NCBI GenBank assembly: GCA_016748015.1 | Contig: JAAOMT010000703.1 | Coordinates: 928,255 to 992,254 of the forward strand | Reading direction: 5' to 3' | Source of the DNA: Geosiphon pyriformis uo1 | Taxonomy: Eukaryota > Fungi > Glomeromycota | DNA length: 64,000 bases | Shown here: piece after piece, positions 35,200 through 50,215 of the stretch | How positions within the stretch are numbered: position 1 is the stretch's first letter | How the letters are laid out: the number at the start of each line of letters is the position of its first letter | Position numbers and translations under genes: made by a program | Notes under the pieces: generated by a model | Database searches by the model: none | What the model saw: only the letters and a program-made list of their open reading frames with translations | Told to the model about the DNA's origin: nothing

Positions 35200-38150
35200 A
35201 TTGGTATTTTTAAGTTGTTTTCTCAGTTTTTTGTATAGTTTGTTTTATTTTATATTAGTTAATTACAATTACTAAAATTTGGTGTTATTATTTTTTATAA
35301 AATTATCACAAAGTTAAATTACAAAATTCATTCATAATAGTTAATTTTTTTAAGTATGTAGTTTCTAAAGAAAAAAATAAAAAAATAAAATAAAATAAAA
35401 AAATAAAAAAAAATAAAAAAATAAAATAAAAAATAAAAAAAAATAAAATTAGTATTTTATTAATTGTTATGATCAAAAATAATTGGTTTAAATTATTAAA
35501 ATTCCAAAAATATTATATAGTTTGTATTTAATTTAAAATAGAGTTAATTAATAAAAAAATAATTAAAAACAAAAAATAAGTTTTGAAAGTCATAAAATTA
35601 GTTTGTAATAATAATAATTTTTATTTGAAATTTTAAAAAAAAACATAAACATAAAAAAATTGAATATTTTTAAATTAAAAAATATTTTTTTTACTATTTA
35701 TATTTATATATATTTTCTAGTTTTATGAAATTACTTTTAAAAACTTGTTATTATTAGCTATTATTAATTGTTATTTAATATTTTATATTTTATGTTATTG
35801 TAAATTATTATTAATTATTTTACGTTATTGTAAATTATTATATATTATATGTTAATTATGTTTTTTAGTAATTTTTTGATTAGTTTTTCTATTCAAATAA
35901 TAATTTATTTTTTTAGAATTAAGTTTTTACAAAATTATGTAAATTTTTAAAAATATAATATTTAATTGTTGTATTAAATATTGCTTTTATGATTTTTTAA
36001 ATTGAAAATTAGTTATTTTTTTAATGTTGTTAATAGTAAATATTTTTATTATTAAATAAAATAAAATTAATAAATATTGTTTAAAAACTAAATATAATCA
36101 GTAAATTGTTTTATAATATAGTATTAAATTATTATTTTTAATAAATTATTTTACTTGTTATATAATTTTTTTGTTAAATATTTAATTATTGTAATTAATA
36201 TATAATAATTATATATTTAACTTTTTTTTAATTTTATAAAACCAATATATTGGTAAAAAGCTTTTTTTTATAGGTTAAAAATTTTTAAAATCTAAATTTT
36301 AGTTATTAATTCTATAATTAAATTATTTAAAGCTTTTTTTATCTCTTTAATTATTTTTATTTTTGTTTATAGTTTTATATTGTATTTTTGTTTTATCAAT
36401 AATAATTTTTATTAAAATATTTAATTATTGTATTGCTTTAAACAATTGTTATAAAAGTTTTAAAATAGTGTCTAAAATAGTTATAATAGAAAATTTTTAA
36501 GATATTTCAATTTGGTTAAATAATATTTTATATATTTAAATTTTATGGTTTAGTTTTTTATTAAAAGATTGTGTTTAATAACAATAATTAATTCTAAATC
36601 TCAAAAAATATTTTTAAATATAACTTATAAAATTTGTGTTTTTAATTATAATATTATTAATATTAATTTTTAAATTATATAAAAAAATTTTAATTAGTTT
36701 TTATGTACTGTTTTTTTTTAAAACTTTATTACCAAAAACTTTATAAATATAGAAAAATCTATATTATTTTAAATTAAATTTTTTATTTTAATTTTAGTAT
36801 AATATAATAATATTTTGTTTTTAATCTTAAATTTAACTAATTAATTAAATAAATAATTATTATGTCTTTTTTTTGTTGTTTTTATAAGTATTTAATATTG
36901 TTAATTGTTGTTTTATAATTGTTTTTTAATGTTTTTATAAGTTGGTAAGTTTTTTTAAATAAAATAATTTTACTTTTTTTTGTTAATTGAAATTGTTAAA
37001 AATAAAAATATTTTTAGTTTAATAAACAATATTGCTTGTTTTCTATATACTAACTTAAAAAAAATAAACTAAATAGTATTTTGTTTTATTGTTTAATAGA
37101 CAAATAATACAAAAAATATAAATAAATCATATTTTTGTGCATTTTTATAACTTATTTTTATTAATGTTTTATACAATGTTTAGTTAAATTGTTTAACTAA
37201 TTTATTTATTTAAAAATAATAATATAATAATAATAATTATTTTATTCTAAATTATTAACTTATTTTTACAAAAATATTGTTGATAAAATAAGTTTTTTGA
37301 TTTATTAATAATTTTTTTAAATATTTATATTAACAGATAAAATCTTAATATATAAATTTAGTTATAGTTTTAATATTAGTTATTTAAATAATTTTAGTTT
37401 TTGGCTATTTAATAAGATAATTAACAACTATAATAATATATTAGTTTTTTTAGAAGTAATTAAAAGAGATTTAACCAAATTAATTCTAATTTTATCAAAT
37501 AAATTTTTAATTAAAATTGGTTAAAGTGTCTTTATTATTATTTTTTTCTTTTTTTTTAGCAAAAATTACAGTTATAAATATATTTAAAAATATCTTTATA
37601 TATTATTAGTCAATAGTATAAGTTAATTTTTTTTTAAAATAATATTTTTGTTAAAATGTTTAATAGTTAAAACAAAATACAGATTAAACAAAATTTTTTT
37701 TTAATTTTTTTAATAACTTATTATGATATAATATAATTTTAATATTTTTAATAATATAGTTTTTTATTATATATAAGATAATTTCGAATTTGCTTTTATA
37801 TAGTACTTTATTTTTATTAAAATAATAATTTTTTAAATTTAAGTGTTAATAAATACTACTATAATTGTTTATAAAATTGATTATTTATTATTAAATATTT
37901 AAAATTATATTATTTTTGACAAACTTTTAATATTGGTATTTTTTTTTCTTTTTTGTAATAAATTTTGAAAATAAATTGTTAAAAATAAGTACTTTATTTA
38001 ATATATATTTTTTAAAAATATGTTTTATTAAGTAATTAAATTAATTTTTTATAATTAGTAAAAATAAAAAGATTAATATAAATAATATTTTCAATTTTGA
38101 ATAATCTAATAGATAATAAAACATTTTAGATTAGTAATACTATGTTTTTT
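35200..38150 (-). mobile_element. Hypermutated Gypsy relic G4 (LTR, post-IN region, integrase, RNase H)
   Basis: 37075-37230 aligns to G2 integrase 52320-52475 almost only through C>T/G>A; 37915-38150 reads NTNIKSLS, IFTNYK, ITNLKCFIIY*II (eroded NADSLS, TDHK, LECLAIYW). 35200-35902 is repeated at 48455-49243. Confidence 0.72.
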
Positions 38151-39492
38151 TAGAAATATTAATGCTTTAGCTTATATAAATAATAAATATTTATGATTTT
38201 TAAGTTTAATTTATGATAAAACAGCTTAAAACCATTTTTTAAAATGAAAACTTTAATAAATTAATATTTAAAATAATTAAAAACTTTTTGTTAATAATTA
38301 GTTTATTTATATAAAACATTTTTAGATAGTAAATAATAATAAAAATTGGTATTATCTAAGAAGCTTTGATAAATTAATAGTAGTATTTAGCAAATTTTAA
38401 GATTTTTTATAGTTTTTTAAGATTTTTTAATACAAAAAAGTTTTAATTTTTTTAATTTTTTTTAAGTTAGATTTTACTTTATTTTTTTTAATAATATGGT
38501 CAAAAAAGTATTTGTTTAGATTAAATTTAAGTTTAATATTTTAAAAATATTTAAATATTTATTAAAAAGATAAAAAATAATTATTAAATGTTTTAAAAAA
38601 CATATTAATATTATTTAAATATATTATAACAGATTTTTATAAAATTTTTATATATATAATATTTATAAGACATTAAAATATAATTAAAGTATTATAAAAT
38701 TTAAAAAACATAACATTAAACTTAAAGTTTTTATTTTAAATAATAAAAGTAGTTTTTTTTGGTTTATTGAATCTATTTTAATTTGTTAATATTTATTGAC
38801 TAAATTTAAAATCTATTTTTTGTTTTCAAGATTATCTAAAATTTTTTGAATAAAAAGAATTAAATAGCTATCTTTATAGATAATACTATTAAATTTTTGA
38901 TAATTAACATAAAATCAGATTTTTTATTTTTTTAATAACTAAAATAATAAATAAATATTATAAACTTAAAGATTTTTTAATTAAACTATTGTTTAATATT
39001 TACTATACTTTATCTTTAATAAAATTGTTTCTATTTAAAATTTTTTAATAAATTTTTTATTTAATAAATCTGATATTTTTAATATTAATTTTATATTTAA
39101 TAATATTAGTTTATTTAAATTTATTTTTATTTGTAAAGATATTAATATATTAATACAATAAGATTTTAAATTGTATTTATTAAAATGTATTTAAATTTTT
39201 GAGATTAAGCTTATTAATTTTTTTAAGTATTAATAAATAACTTTCTATTAAAAATTTTTAAATTTATAATATAATATTATAATATAAAAAATATTAAATA
39301 GATTAAGACTTTTTAGAATTTTAAATATCTATAATTAATTGATTAATAAAAATTTTAATTGAAATTTCAAGAATATTACTTGTTAAATTATAAATTAAAA
39401 TTTTAAATGTTTATAAAACTTTAAAAATATGTATAAATTTGTTATATTTACTATTTAATATATTTTAAGTATAATTTTAAATAAAAAACTGT

Positions 39493-40199
39493 GTATAATA
39501 GATGCTATTCCAGTATAATATGTTTTTATTGTGGTGATATTGAGGTCTTCAACCATGTGTTTTTATGCCCGTCTGATGTTTCTGCCCATACTCGGTTGGT
39601 CAGTGTTTATGCGTCTGCATGAAAAACTCATACTGGTTTATCTCGTTTCTTCTCATATATCTCACAGTTGTTGTTGATGTGTGTTTCTGATGTTATGATT
39701 AGCATGGCTCTTTGTAAAGGTTTTGTTTTTAATGATTGGTACCATAAGTCAATTTCTGTTTTTAAGAATCCCAAGGTGGCAGCTCTGACTGTCGTAGACT
39801 TTGTGCAAAAATTTTGTCTCACTTTTCAGGAGGAGGTTTGGTTGGTTCGTGCCAAACACAGATCTTTTATGGAGAGAAATGGTTTAATTCCACGTAATAG
39901 TTCTCTACCTCTTCCAGTGATAGGCCCTCCTAAGCTACTTTCAGATAGTATGGTTAAGTTATTGGGTGTCACTGATGCTTTTGGTGTTAGTTTTGGGTTT
40001 CATAAATATTGTCAGTTCTTTTCTGGTATAGGTGATATGGTTTCTGTTTATATAGATGTATAGTGTTGTTCTGATTGGCTTGAGTGGCTGGTCACGTGTA
40101 GAAAATGCATGATTCGCACCTAGTTTAGAACATTTGTATGTTGTATAGTTCTAGGTAGTGTTTGGACTTCACTCATTAAAACATAAAAAAAAAACAAAA
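39493..40199 (+). mobile_element. 5'-truncated LINE copy D (ORF2 C-terminus, 3' UTR, poly(A)) with 10-bp TSD
   Basis: TSD AAAAAACTGT at 39483-39492 and 40200-40209; protein end FFSGIGDMVSVYIDV* matches copies B and C. Confidence 0.88.
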
Positions 40200-40249
40200 A
40201 AAAAACTGTATTTTAAATTTTTTATTTATCTTTTATAAAATAATATATA

Positions 40250-43200
40250 TTTTTTTTTTATTATATTTTATAAGTGAGGTCCAAACACTATCTAGTACAA
40301 TACATTAATTAACTGATCTAAACTAGGCATGAATTATGTATTTTTTATATGTAACCAGCCATTCAAGCCAATCAGGATCATACTAAACACCTATATGTAC
40401 CAAAACAGAGTCTCCAATACCTAAGAAAAACAAACAAGACTTACGAAAACCAAAACCAATACCAATTGCCTCAGCAATACCCAACAACTTAACAACATTT
40501 GCAGAAAGCAATGCAAGCAGCCCTGAAACTGAAATTAAAGCTAAACTGTTATTAATTATCATCCTATCTTTTTCTATACTTGGCATAAACCAACTAAATC
40601 TCATTCTTAAAGGCAAGACATAAGTTATGCACAAATTTTACAACCTTCTGACCAGCTATTTTGGCACTTTCAAAAACAAACACAGCTTCCTGAAACCAGT
40701 TCTTAAAAACAAAGCCCTTACAAAAAGCCATGCAAACTGTGACATTTGAAGCACAAGAAGATAAAAATTGAGAAACACTTGAAGAGAAGGTAGAAAGACT
40801 AAAAAAAAGACTCCAAGCAGTGGCATGAGCATTCAACAAATGACAACAAGCAGAATTATCTACTACACAAGAAAAAGCATGGTCAGAAACCTCAACTTTG
40901 CCACAATACAAACACAGCACACTGGGATAACATCTGTTATACAATTGCTTCCAAACAGCAACCAGCAGCCAATAGTGTAGAGCTTTCATAAAATATGTGC
41001 AAACACCAGCTGTGAATTTATTAGTAAAGTCAACAGCCATATGCAAGTCCAGATGCCACACCAATAACAAGCTAAACTGATTAATATCCAAATACAGACT
41101 GTTATTCAAAACTTTAAAACCTGAACTGATCTCCCAGCATGCACAATGAATAGACTGAAAGACCTCACAAACAAAATGTCTAGAATTACCAGAAACAACA
41201 TTCCCATCAGCTAAAATATAACATTTCTTCACATATGGAACAAGACACCAGGGAGAAAAAAACACTGTATCGGTAAGTGTATCAACATGTTTGTTGCCCA
41301 TAACACCCAAATGACCTTGCACCTTGTACCAGCTAACATTTAAATTCTTTTTTCTAATAATGTTCACAATGTGTTGATGCTCAACTCAACAGCAATTCCT
41401 AAAATCTGGAAAAACTATACCTAATTCTGATTTGCAAGCATCTAAGGCAGTCTAATTGTCTGAATAGACACCAACCAAGCTATTAGAAAAGACACACTCA
41501 AAAGCCAATACAATAGCCTACAATTTAGCCAAAGTAGAAGACATCAAACCAGAAACTCTGATCCCCAAACCCAAGCTTATATTTTCAAAAAAAACTGCAG
41601 TACCAGCTCTCATGTTAACACTTCTCAAGCTCTTCAGAGATTTATCCATATAAATGGAAAGAGTGTCAGTTTTGAGACCTAACAACTGATTATAAATTAG
41701 TCCAAACTCACTAGATTCCAAAATATCCAAATGCTCAGCACCAACTACAGACAAAAAATAGGCAGGAGAAGAAGCTACACTATTAAAAAAGTCAATAGAA
41801 AGTCTAAACCATTTAGAAACAGGACCACATGAGTCCAGTTTTTTTCAATACTTGAATGTTCTTCAATCAAAAACAGCTCTATTCTTATAGTAAAGCTATT
41901 CAACAAAAGCAATATCATATCTTCAAAGAGATAGAAAAAATCCAAAGTAATCAGACCTGCCAAAAACAGAAGACATAAGAATACTACCATAAAAACGGAA
42001 AAAATTGTTCACTTAACCACCCAAAGACAGACCACACCCAAGAAAAATATGAACTACACCTGCCAAAAAATTATTAGAAGCACTGACTCTGATACAAACT
42101 GGGGATGCCAAAGGGTGGAATGGGCTCTAAGACAGAACCTGCAAGTTATGAGACCTGTATAAAAACAAATGACCCAAAATTCCAACAGAGTTTGCAAAGC
42201 ACACAACAGAAGCAACTTTGCTTTCAGCTTGGATTTGCTTAAAAGTTTTCAAGCCATACAAAGAGGGATGACAAAGTGCATCATTGGGAAAATTGAGAGA
42301 TAGACCAGATTTCAGCTTTAAGCTCCTGCAAATCAAAGAATCACACTTATTACACATATTAATAGGAACAAAACTGAACTGTGTTCTGTAGTTAACAATA
42401 GGGTAAAAAACCACTAACACAAGATACGAAAACTGCTTATCAGAAATGGCTTTCCTTAGAACCAGATTGGTAAAAAATCTGACATCAGCATCTGCCTTAG
42501 CCAGACTAGGCTTTGACAAACTTTCAGTCGACAAAAAAATTCCCAGGTAGTGATGAGACTTTTCTTTCTTGACAATAAAAATAGGTGAACCACTAATAGA
42601 CAAATTAGGACATATCACTTTGCAATTAATAGGAATTGCCACTGTTTTGTTATTGTTAATAGAAATGTCATTGATTCAAAAAAATTCACTAGCAATATTG
42701 AAAATGTATTGGGTTGCAGTTTGGCTGCTACCAATTCAGATTATGTCATCAACAAAAGCACCAGCAGCAAGAAAAGACATCAATCCAGCTTGAGATTCCA
42801 AATAACCAGTCCTGGCAACAAAATAAGAGTTCATCTTATATTCATATATGCTTTCCTGTCTTTTGACTTTACACAAAAGAGAATCATAAAATATATGCCA
42901 AAGAAGTGGTAAAAACACTTCCCTTTGATCCAAATTATCATGTACTTGATATCCATCTGTCAAACCAAAATCTGTTATTACTTTATTGACATGACCATTG
43001 TGAATGCCACCAAAAAATCTAATGAACTTGTCACACATCTTTATTCTGACCAAACTGTTCCTAAGATGCTCCCATCTGACAAAATCATAGGTCTTTCACA
43101 TGTCCTGCAAGACCAACCAGAGTTCACAGTTCTTTTCCAAAGCATTCTTAATAACAGAACCAATGGCAAAAATGGGAGATTGCGTTGTTATACTCTTAAA

Positions 43201-46200
43201 AACTGAGAAATTGTCCTCATGTAAAACATTAAAAGAGCTGCATGCCAAAAAAATTCTGTCCAAGAGAATCTTGGAAAAAATTTTACAGGCAGTCTTGATC
43301 AAAGCAATAGGTCGAGTGTTTATAAAAACTCTTTTTTATTCATACAGTTTAGGAATCATCAAGACCCAAGCTTTTTTCCAAGCACCAGGCACCAACTCAC
43401 AAGACAAACAGGAGTTTAAAAGCATCAAAAGCATATCCAAGACTGATTTGTCACAATGCTTTCAAAGCTCATTTGACATTCCAGAAAGACCAGTAGCTTT
43501 GTCATCAGGCAGATTAGAAACCACTCTGAGTAGCTCATCAAAATTAACCAAACACATCACATTTGAAAAAGCATTATCAAAAATGTACTCCAAAAACTAA
43601 TATTGATGTGAGCAATCATCAGAAAAATCCCCCATTACATTACACTTCCTGGTCTAGTCTTCTATAATCATGTCAATCTTGGCCTTAACTAAGTCTGGTT
43701 CCAGAATCAATTCATCCTCAACCACCAAATGGTCCAAAACCATCTTTCGAAAAGGGTGCTCCAGCACAATTTTAATTGTGCTATCTTTGTTGATTGCAAA
43801 ATTCTCCATTCAACTATTAACAGCTGATCTTATTCATGACTCTTCAGCTCGCAAAGACTTAACAAGCTTGGAGACATGATATGTCTTTTGCACATTGAAA
43901 AGAGCTGAGTGCACACAATCAAAATCTGCACCAGAGTTCACAATTTTCTGCACAATTAAAGCCTTAATATTGTTCAAAGAATCCCAGTGTTCCATAAGAA
44001 GAACAAACTTATTAACATCTTTCTTATGAAAGATCTTAGCAATTTTTGTGACCAAAAGCTCCAGCTTATGAAACTTAGAAGATTCCTTGGTAAAAACACC
44101 ATTGTAATCCTTAGACCATTTCTTCCTGAATATTTTGTTAACTGACAGTGTCATAATTTTGCAAATTATGTTTTATATCATGTCCAAGTTCAAGAATCAT
44201 GTGGAAGTAATAAAACTATCAGAGAGCATGGCAGCATTAGCTGCCATAGCTTCTTTAAACTCGTCCCACTTTGCATTATCAGCACCTTTAAAATCAAACT
44301 TCCAGTGATCCTTATTTGCTTGCCTACAAAGAAAGTTCAACTGAGTGTTCAGCAAACTACCCAGATCCACAGATACAGAAACAGCTTGATGATTGGTGTC
44401 AAAGTAATCACAAACATCCATAACATTGCAATTAACTATTGCACTGACCAAATTTAACAAAACCAATACAAAATCAATTGTTTTTTCTACACCTCTTGAA
44501 TTCTTTCATGTGGGACTCTTCATGACCAAACTACCCACTAAAGAATTAACCAGCCCCAAACTGACACACTTTTTAAAACTAGCACTTCTTCTCAAACTGT
44601 CTTTATTGAAGTTACTATTAAGGATGATGAAAGAAGATCCATTAGCAGCTTTTGCAATAAGAGAGTTGATTTCCCCAGCCTGTGAAAACTGAGCTGCAGA
44701 CAAAGCACCAGCATACAGCCCCAAGACAGACACAGAAAGTTTATTTTTGAAAAGCAATCTAATAGATAAAAGCTGACCAGGCATCTCAAAAACTTTGCAC
44801 ACATGTTTTGCCAAAGAAGAGTCCATGACAGCCACAACACCAGCATCCAAATACTCAGAATTCAAACCAAAAGTAAACACATAGACATCTTCAAATTTGT
44901 CAACAATCTATGGATGAATTTTATCCTTTAATTTAGTCTCAGTAAAAATCGAAATCAAGTTGCCCATATTCTTATGCCAATGAATAATATCTTCCTACTT
45001 GACAGGAACATTAATGCTCTGAACATTACACATAGCTATTTTCCAGATAAAACCACTCATTGAGATGAAGAGGATAACAAGGAATCCAAACTGGCACACA
45101 AATAATCTAACTTTGCCAAAACTGAACTAACAGAAGTCTTAAGAGCCACCAACTTAGATTTTAAACTGCCAACCTTGGTTGTCAAAACTTTTGAACTACT
45201 CAGACCCAATGTTGAAACACTAGGAAAAGTGGAAGAAGGGAGTAAAAGTACCAACTCAGAATCATTCATGACCATATCCAAAACCAAATTCTCCTTGGTG
45301 GCAATCAAAGTAGCTGAGACTTTAAGGAGGGAGCTAAAGCTTGTGGCACTAATTTTATGTTGCTGAGTTTGTGCACAATGCCAGAAACTTGATCAGTTAG
45401 CAGCTTTAAAGATCATTCCAAAGAGGCCAAATGAGCATTCAAAAATAAATTGTTAACCAAGACAAAAGAGAGACTATCATTCAAACCTAAAGTGCCAGAA
45501 AAAGGGGAACCAAAACCAAAAACAAAATGAAAACCATCAGAAGAACCAGCAAATAAGACCACCTGGGCCCAAGATTTACTACCAAAGGCAGCAGGGCAGA
45601 ATATTGGAACACTTTTTTTCTCATACAACTTAGCCAACTGAAGACAATGTTCATTAGACACAACCCTTTTAAATGTTCTTGAAGGCTTAGAGGGGGATGC
45701 AACAGGTGCATCACATTTCAGAGCAAAATGACCAAACTTCCTGTATTTTTTACACTAAACCAGATCCATCCTTGCCCAAAAAAGTTTAATACCACCAAGA
45801 ATCAGCTCCATGCGAAAAACAGATTCCGGATTATCATCAAATTCAAAACCAACTACAGCACAACAAATTTTCTTACCAGTTTTTAGAGATTTGTTTATGA
45901 TACAAGTTTTCCCACCAGTCCTTTCTAGAAAAGTCTCAAGATCATGTACTGTTATTTTCACCAGCAAAGTAAACAAAAGTGCTCTGAACTGATCTCTTAA
46001 TGCCCAAGTTTTACAATCTCCCACTGCTTTGGCTATATGCACAGAATCCTTACCAATCAGAAATAACCACTTAGAGGCTAACAAATTAGCTTGGTCTAAT
46101 TCAGCAAACTTCACCACAGCTTTTTGCCACATTCCAATTAGTTGAATTTTGATCGACTTAATTTCTCCAAATTTGGATACTGCGGCGATGATCATATCTT

Positions 46201-47051
46201 TAAGTGTGTCTATGAAAATTTTCTTAATCACCACAGCTCAATCTGACCTCATTCCTTGTCTCTTAAGATTGCTGTTTACATTAATCCCTTTTTTTCTGAC
46301 CAATAATGTGGCCATTTCCATGCTTTTTTTGAAGTAAACATTAATTGAATGATCCCTTTAAATTTTGTGGGGGTAGTGGCCTCCCCAAAACCATTGACTG
46401 ATGAAAATTTTTTTTTAATTAACTAAGTTTTTGCCATTGCCAATTTGCCTTTTACAGCTGAGAGATTAATATTTAAAGTGAATGACTTTTTAATTAACAC
46501 TTCTACAGAAGTCTTAATAATTTTTGGGTCGATTCACTTCTTGTCAAGAAAAATAGGCAAGTGAGGAGGGAACACAACTTTATTATCATTTATATGAAAG
46601 TTGGAAGAGCCAAGTGGAGAACCAAAAACAGCACCAGTGTTGACTCACTTCATCTTGGGTGTAGTAACAACTAAGCTCAAAAGAGATTCACCATCTATAC
46701 CAGACATGCTAACATTCTCATCTTTCCTAAAAAAACTTTCTACATTAGAATAAATACTAACACTAAATCCAAATCTGCCCAAGGATATATTTCTTTTATT
46801 ACCAGAGTGTTTGATATTGTCAAAAACAACTTTCTTCTTCTGAGAAAAGAAATCACCAGCAGGACCATGAAAAGTGCCCTTAAGAGCCTTCTTCTTAGAT
46901 ATGGTGCTACTAACAATAGCCTCCATATCCATAAAAAATAGGTTATTATTAGGTAAAAAAATATTGATATAGACTAAAAAAAATAAAAAAAACTTCTTTT
47001 TATAGAAAACATGTTTTTTTGAAGATTTTTAGAGGTAAGAGAGAAAGAAGT
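40250..47051 (-). mobile_element. LINE copy C, full length, pseudogenised (ORF1 46932-45057; ORF2 45060-40383)
   Basis: 5' ACTTCTTTCT at 47051; APE, RT (AAGAFVDDII), RNase H (KVQGHLGVMGNKHVD) and CLYCGKVEVSDHAFSC; 3' UTR and poly(T) on the + strand near 40250. TSD uncertain. Confidence 0.94.
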
Positions 47052-48454
47052 TTTAATAATATTAATAGAATAAAATAGAAATTATATAATTAATATAAAT
47101 ATTTTTTATCTTATTTATTAATTTTTCTATATAATTAATTTGTATATTTTTTTTCATTAAATTTAAATCTGTAAATTTTTCTAGTAATAAAATTTAATTC
47201 TTTTTAAGTAATTACTAAAATAAGTTAAAAAATTTTAATTAAAAATAAAAAAATAACTTAAATAAATTTTTCTTGAAATTTTATAATATAAAATTTATTA
47301 AAATTGTTTTAAAGTATTATAATATTTTTAATATATTTAATATTAATTATTCTTTTCTTAATATTAATATTTTTTTAATTTTAAAGTAATTTATATTATA
47401 ATAAGCAAAATAATATTTTATTTTAATAGTTAAATTTGGTTTTTAAAATGAAATATCTTCTGATTCAAATTTTTTTATAAGTTTTTTAAGTTCAAAAAAA
47501 GTTTAGAATAATAAATTAAATATATAATTACAATTATTACAATAATTAAAATAACAAAAAATTAAACAATATTCTTAAAATTAAATATTAAAATTAATTA
47601 ATTTTTGCTTTTGTTTTTTTTAATAGATATTATAATATGTTGTTTTTTTTATTAGATTTTTAAAAAAGTTAAAATAAACAGAATTGTTGTTTTTATTAAA
47701 TTTAATTAATTCTAAGTTAATATAGTTTTAAAAACAATAATAATTATAAAAATTAAATTTTCAAATAATATACTAAGAATTTTGTTTACAAATTTTTATT
47801 TAAATCTTATTGGTAGATTTTTCCAAAAGTTTAAAATGTTTTTTGGCTAAATTTTAATGAATTAGTCAAACAAAATTTGATTTTTAAAAGTTTGATAATA
47901 TAATAGTGTTGTTAGTAAAAAAAAATCTGAATTTTTTGCTTACTATTAATTATAGTTTTTGTTAATTGGTTTTATTTTGTGTATTGTTTTTTGATTTAAG
48001 TCTTTTTTTTGGCTAAAAATTAGTTGTTATTTGTTTAAATACAAATATTGTTTATTAGTATAGCTTTTAATTTTTTGATTAACAAAAAAAAAGTTTTTGT
48101 TAAAGTTTTTTTTGTAATTAAAGTAAATATAAAAGTAGATTTTAATAAAATTAAATTTCAATTTTCTTTGAATTGTTAATTTTTCTAAAATAGTAATTGA
48201 TTTATGTTTAGAAAAAATTATTTTAACTTCAAATGTTTTTTTAAAATTTCTAAGTTTGTTTAAAAATATTAATAAATACTTATTTAAAAAGTAAATAGTC
48301 TTTTTTAATAGTTCTAAAAATTATTATTTTATTGTTTTATTAATTTTTAAAGATTTGTTAAAGATTTTATAAATTTTGGTTAAGTTTTTATGTTATAAGA
48401 CACAAATTTAACAAAGTTTTTTAATATAATAATTAGTAAGTAGATGTTTTTATT

Positions 48455-49243
48455 ATTGGTATTTCTCAGTTATTTTTTTAATTTTTGTGTTATTTATGTA
48501 ATGTGTTTTATTTTGTGTTAATTAATTACAATTATTAAAATTTGATGTTGTTTTTTTGTTTTTTTAATAAATTAATAATAATAATAATAATAATAATATA
48601 TTTAAATAAGATAAATTTTTTTTTTATCAAACTATTACAATATCAAATTTTAGAATTTACTTATAACAGTTAATTTTTTCAAGTATGTAACTTTTAAAAA
48701 AATAAATATTTTGTTAATTATTATAATTAAAAAAAATTAATCTAAATTATTAAAGTTTTAAAAATATTATATAGTTTGTATCTGGTCTGAAATAAAGTTA
48801 ATTGATAAAAAAATAATTAAAAACAAAAGATAAGTTTTAAAAATTATAAAATTAGTTTGTAATAATAATTTTTATTTGGAATTTTGAAGAGAAAAAAATA
48901 TAAATATAAAAAAATTAAATATTTTTAAGTTAAAATTTAAAGTAAAAATTAAAAAATACTTTTTTTATAAGTTAAAATTATTTATATTTATACATATTTT
49001 TTAGTTTTAGAAGATTATTTTTAAAAACTTGTTATTATTAGCTATTATTTATTATTGTTAATTATTATTTAATATTTTATGTTATAATTAATTATTCTAA
49101 GTTATTGCTAGTTATTTTATATTATTTTGTATTATTGTAAATTATTACATATTATTACATATTATTTTTAGTTATTATGTATTATTATTTATTGATTATG
49201 TTTTTTTGGTAATTTTTTAATCAGTTTTTTTACTTAAATAATA
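48455..49243 (-). repeat. Second copy of the G4 LTR-like repeat (possibly its 5' LTR, with a gag-like relic at ~47.7-48.4 kb)
   Basis: Colinear over ~700 bp with 35200-35902 (e.g. aaaaatattatatagtttgtat...ataaaattagtttgtaataataat). The gag assignment of the adjacent sequence is weak. Confidence 0.65.
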
Positions 49244-50215
49244 TTGATAACAAAGTTATTTTCTTATTTTCTTATTATTATTGTTATTAAAGATTTTTGG
49301 TTTCTTTTCTTAACTATTATAATATTGTTTTGTTGTTAATTTTGGATGTTGTTAGAAGTTTTTAAACCTTTAAAAATTGAATTTATTTTTAAATTATCTT
49401 CCATAATTTGAACAGCTAGACTTATAAATGGAATAGTTAATTTTATGCCAATTACTTATATAGTTACTTTGCAGTAAAAATTAACTTTTTTTAAGAATTG
49501 CTTGTTTAAAAGCTTATTAAAAATGTGTAATTACTTTGTTGTAAAAATCAACTCTTTTACAAAAATCTTGTCTATAAGCTATCTTAGTATATATAATAAA
49601 AAAATAAAAAAAAATAAAAGAAATATAAAAGAAAAAATTTTCATTAAAAGAATTGTCTTCTGTTTAAGTCTGAAATCACTAACAAATTATTGAAATTAAT
49701 AACTAATTAATTTCAAAATATTAATTGAAATTCGAAAAATTTTATGTAAAATAATTATAAACTTTGTTGTTTTTAATATAGTTTTTATTGAAGTAATTTG
49801 TATAGATATTAAGAAAAATATTTTTAGTAAAGATAATTTTAGTTAAGATTATGATTCCAAAATAAAATACATTTTTTTAAAAAGAAAAGCTTTTTTTTTA
49901 TACAGTTTATTATAGTATTAATCTATATATTTGAACTTTTTTTTGCTATAATTTTGATAAACTAAAAATATATTTTGGCAAACTACAAGTTGTTTTTACA
50001 AATTATTAATTATTTTGGTATATTATTAAAATATTTTACAAATTTTTACAAATTTTAGTGAATTCTTAAATGTTATAGAGTTTGAAGTATTGCATAATTT
50101 AATTATTGTATTTGGTTATATTAGTATATTATATAAATCAAATTATTAATTAATAAAAATATTGTGATGATTTAATTAAAAAATAAGTAATAAATAAAAC
50201 AATAATAATATATGT

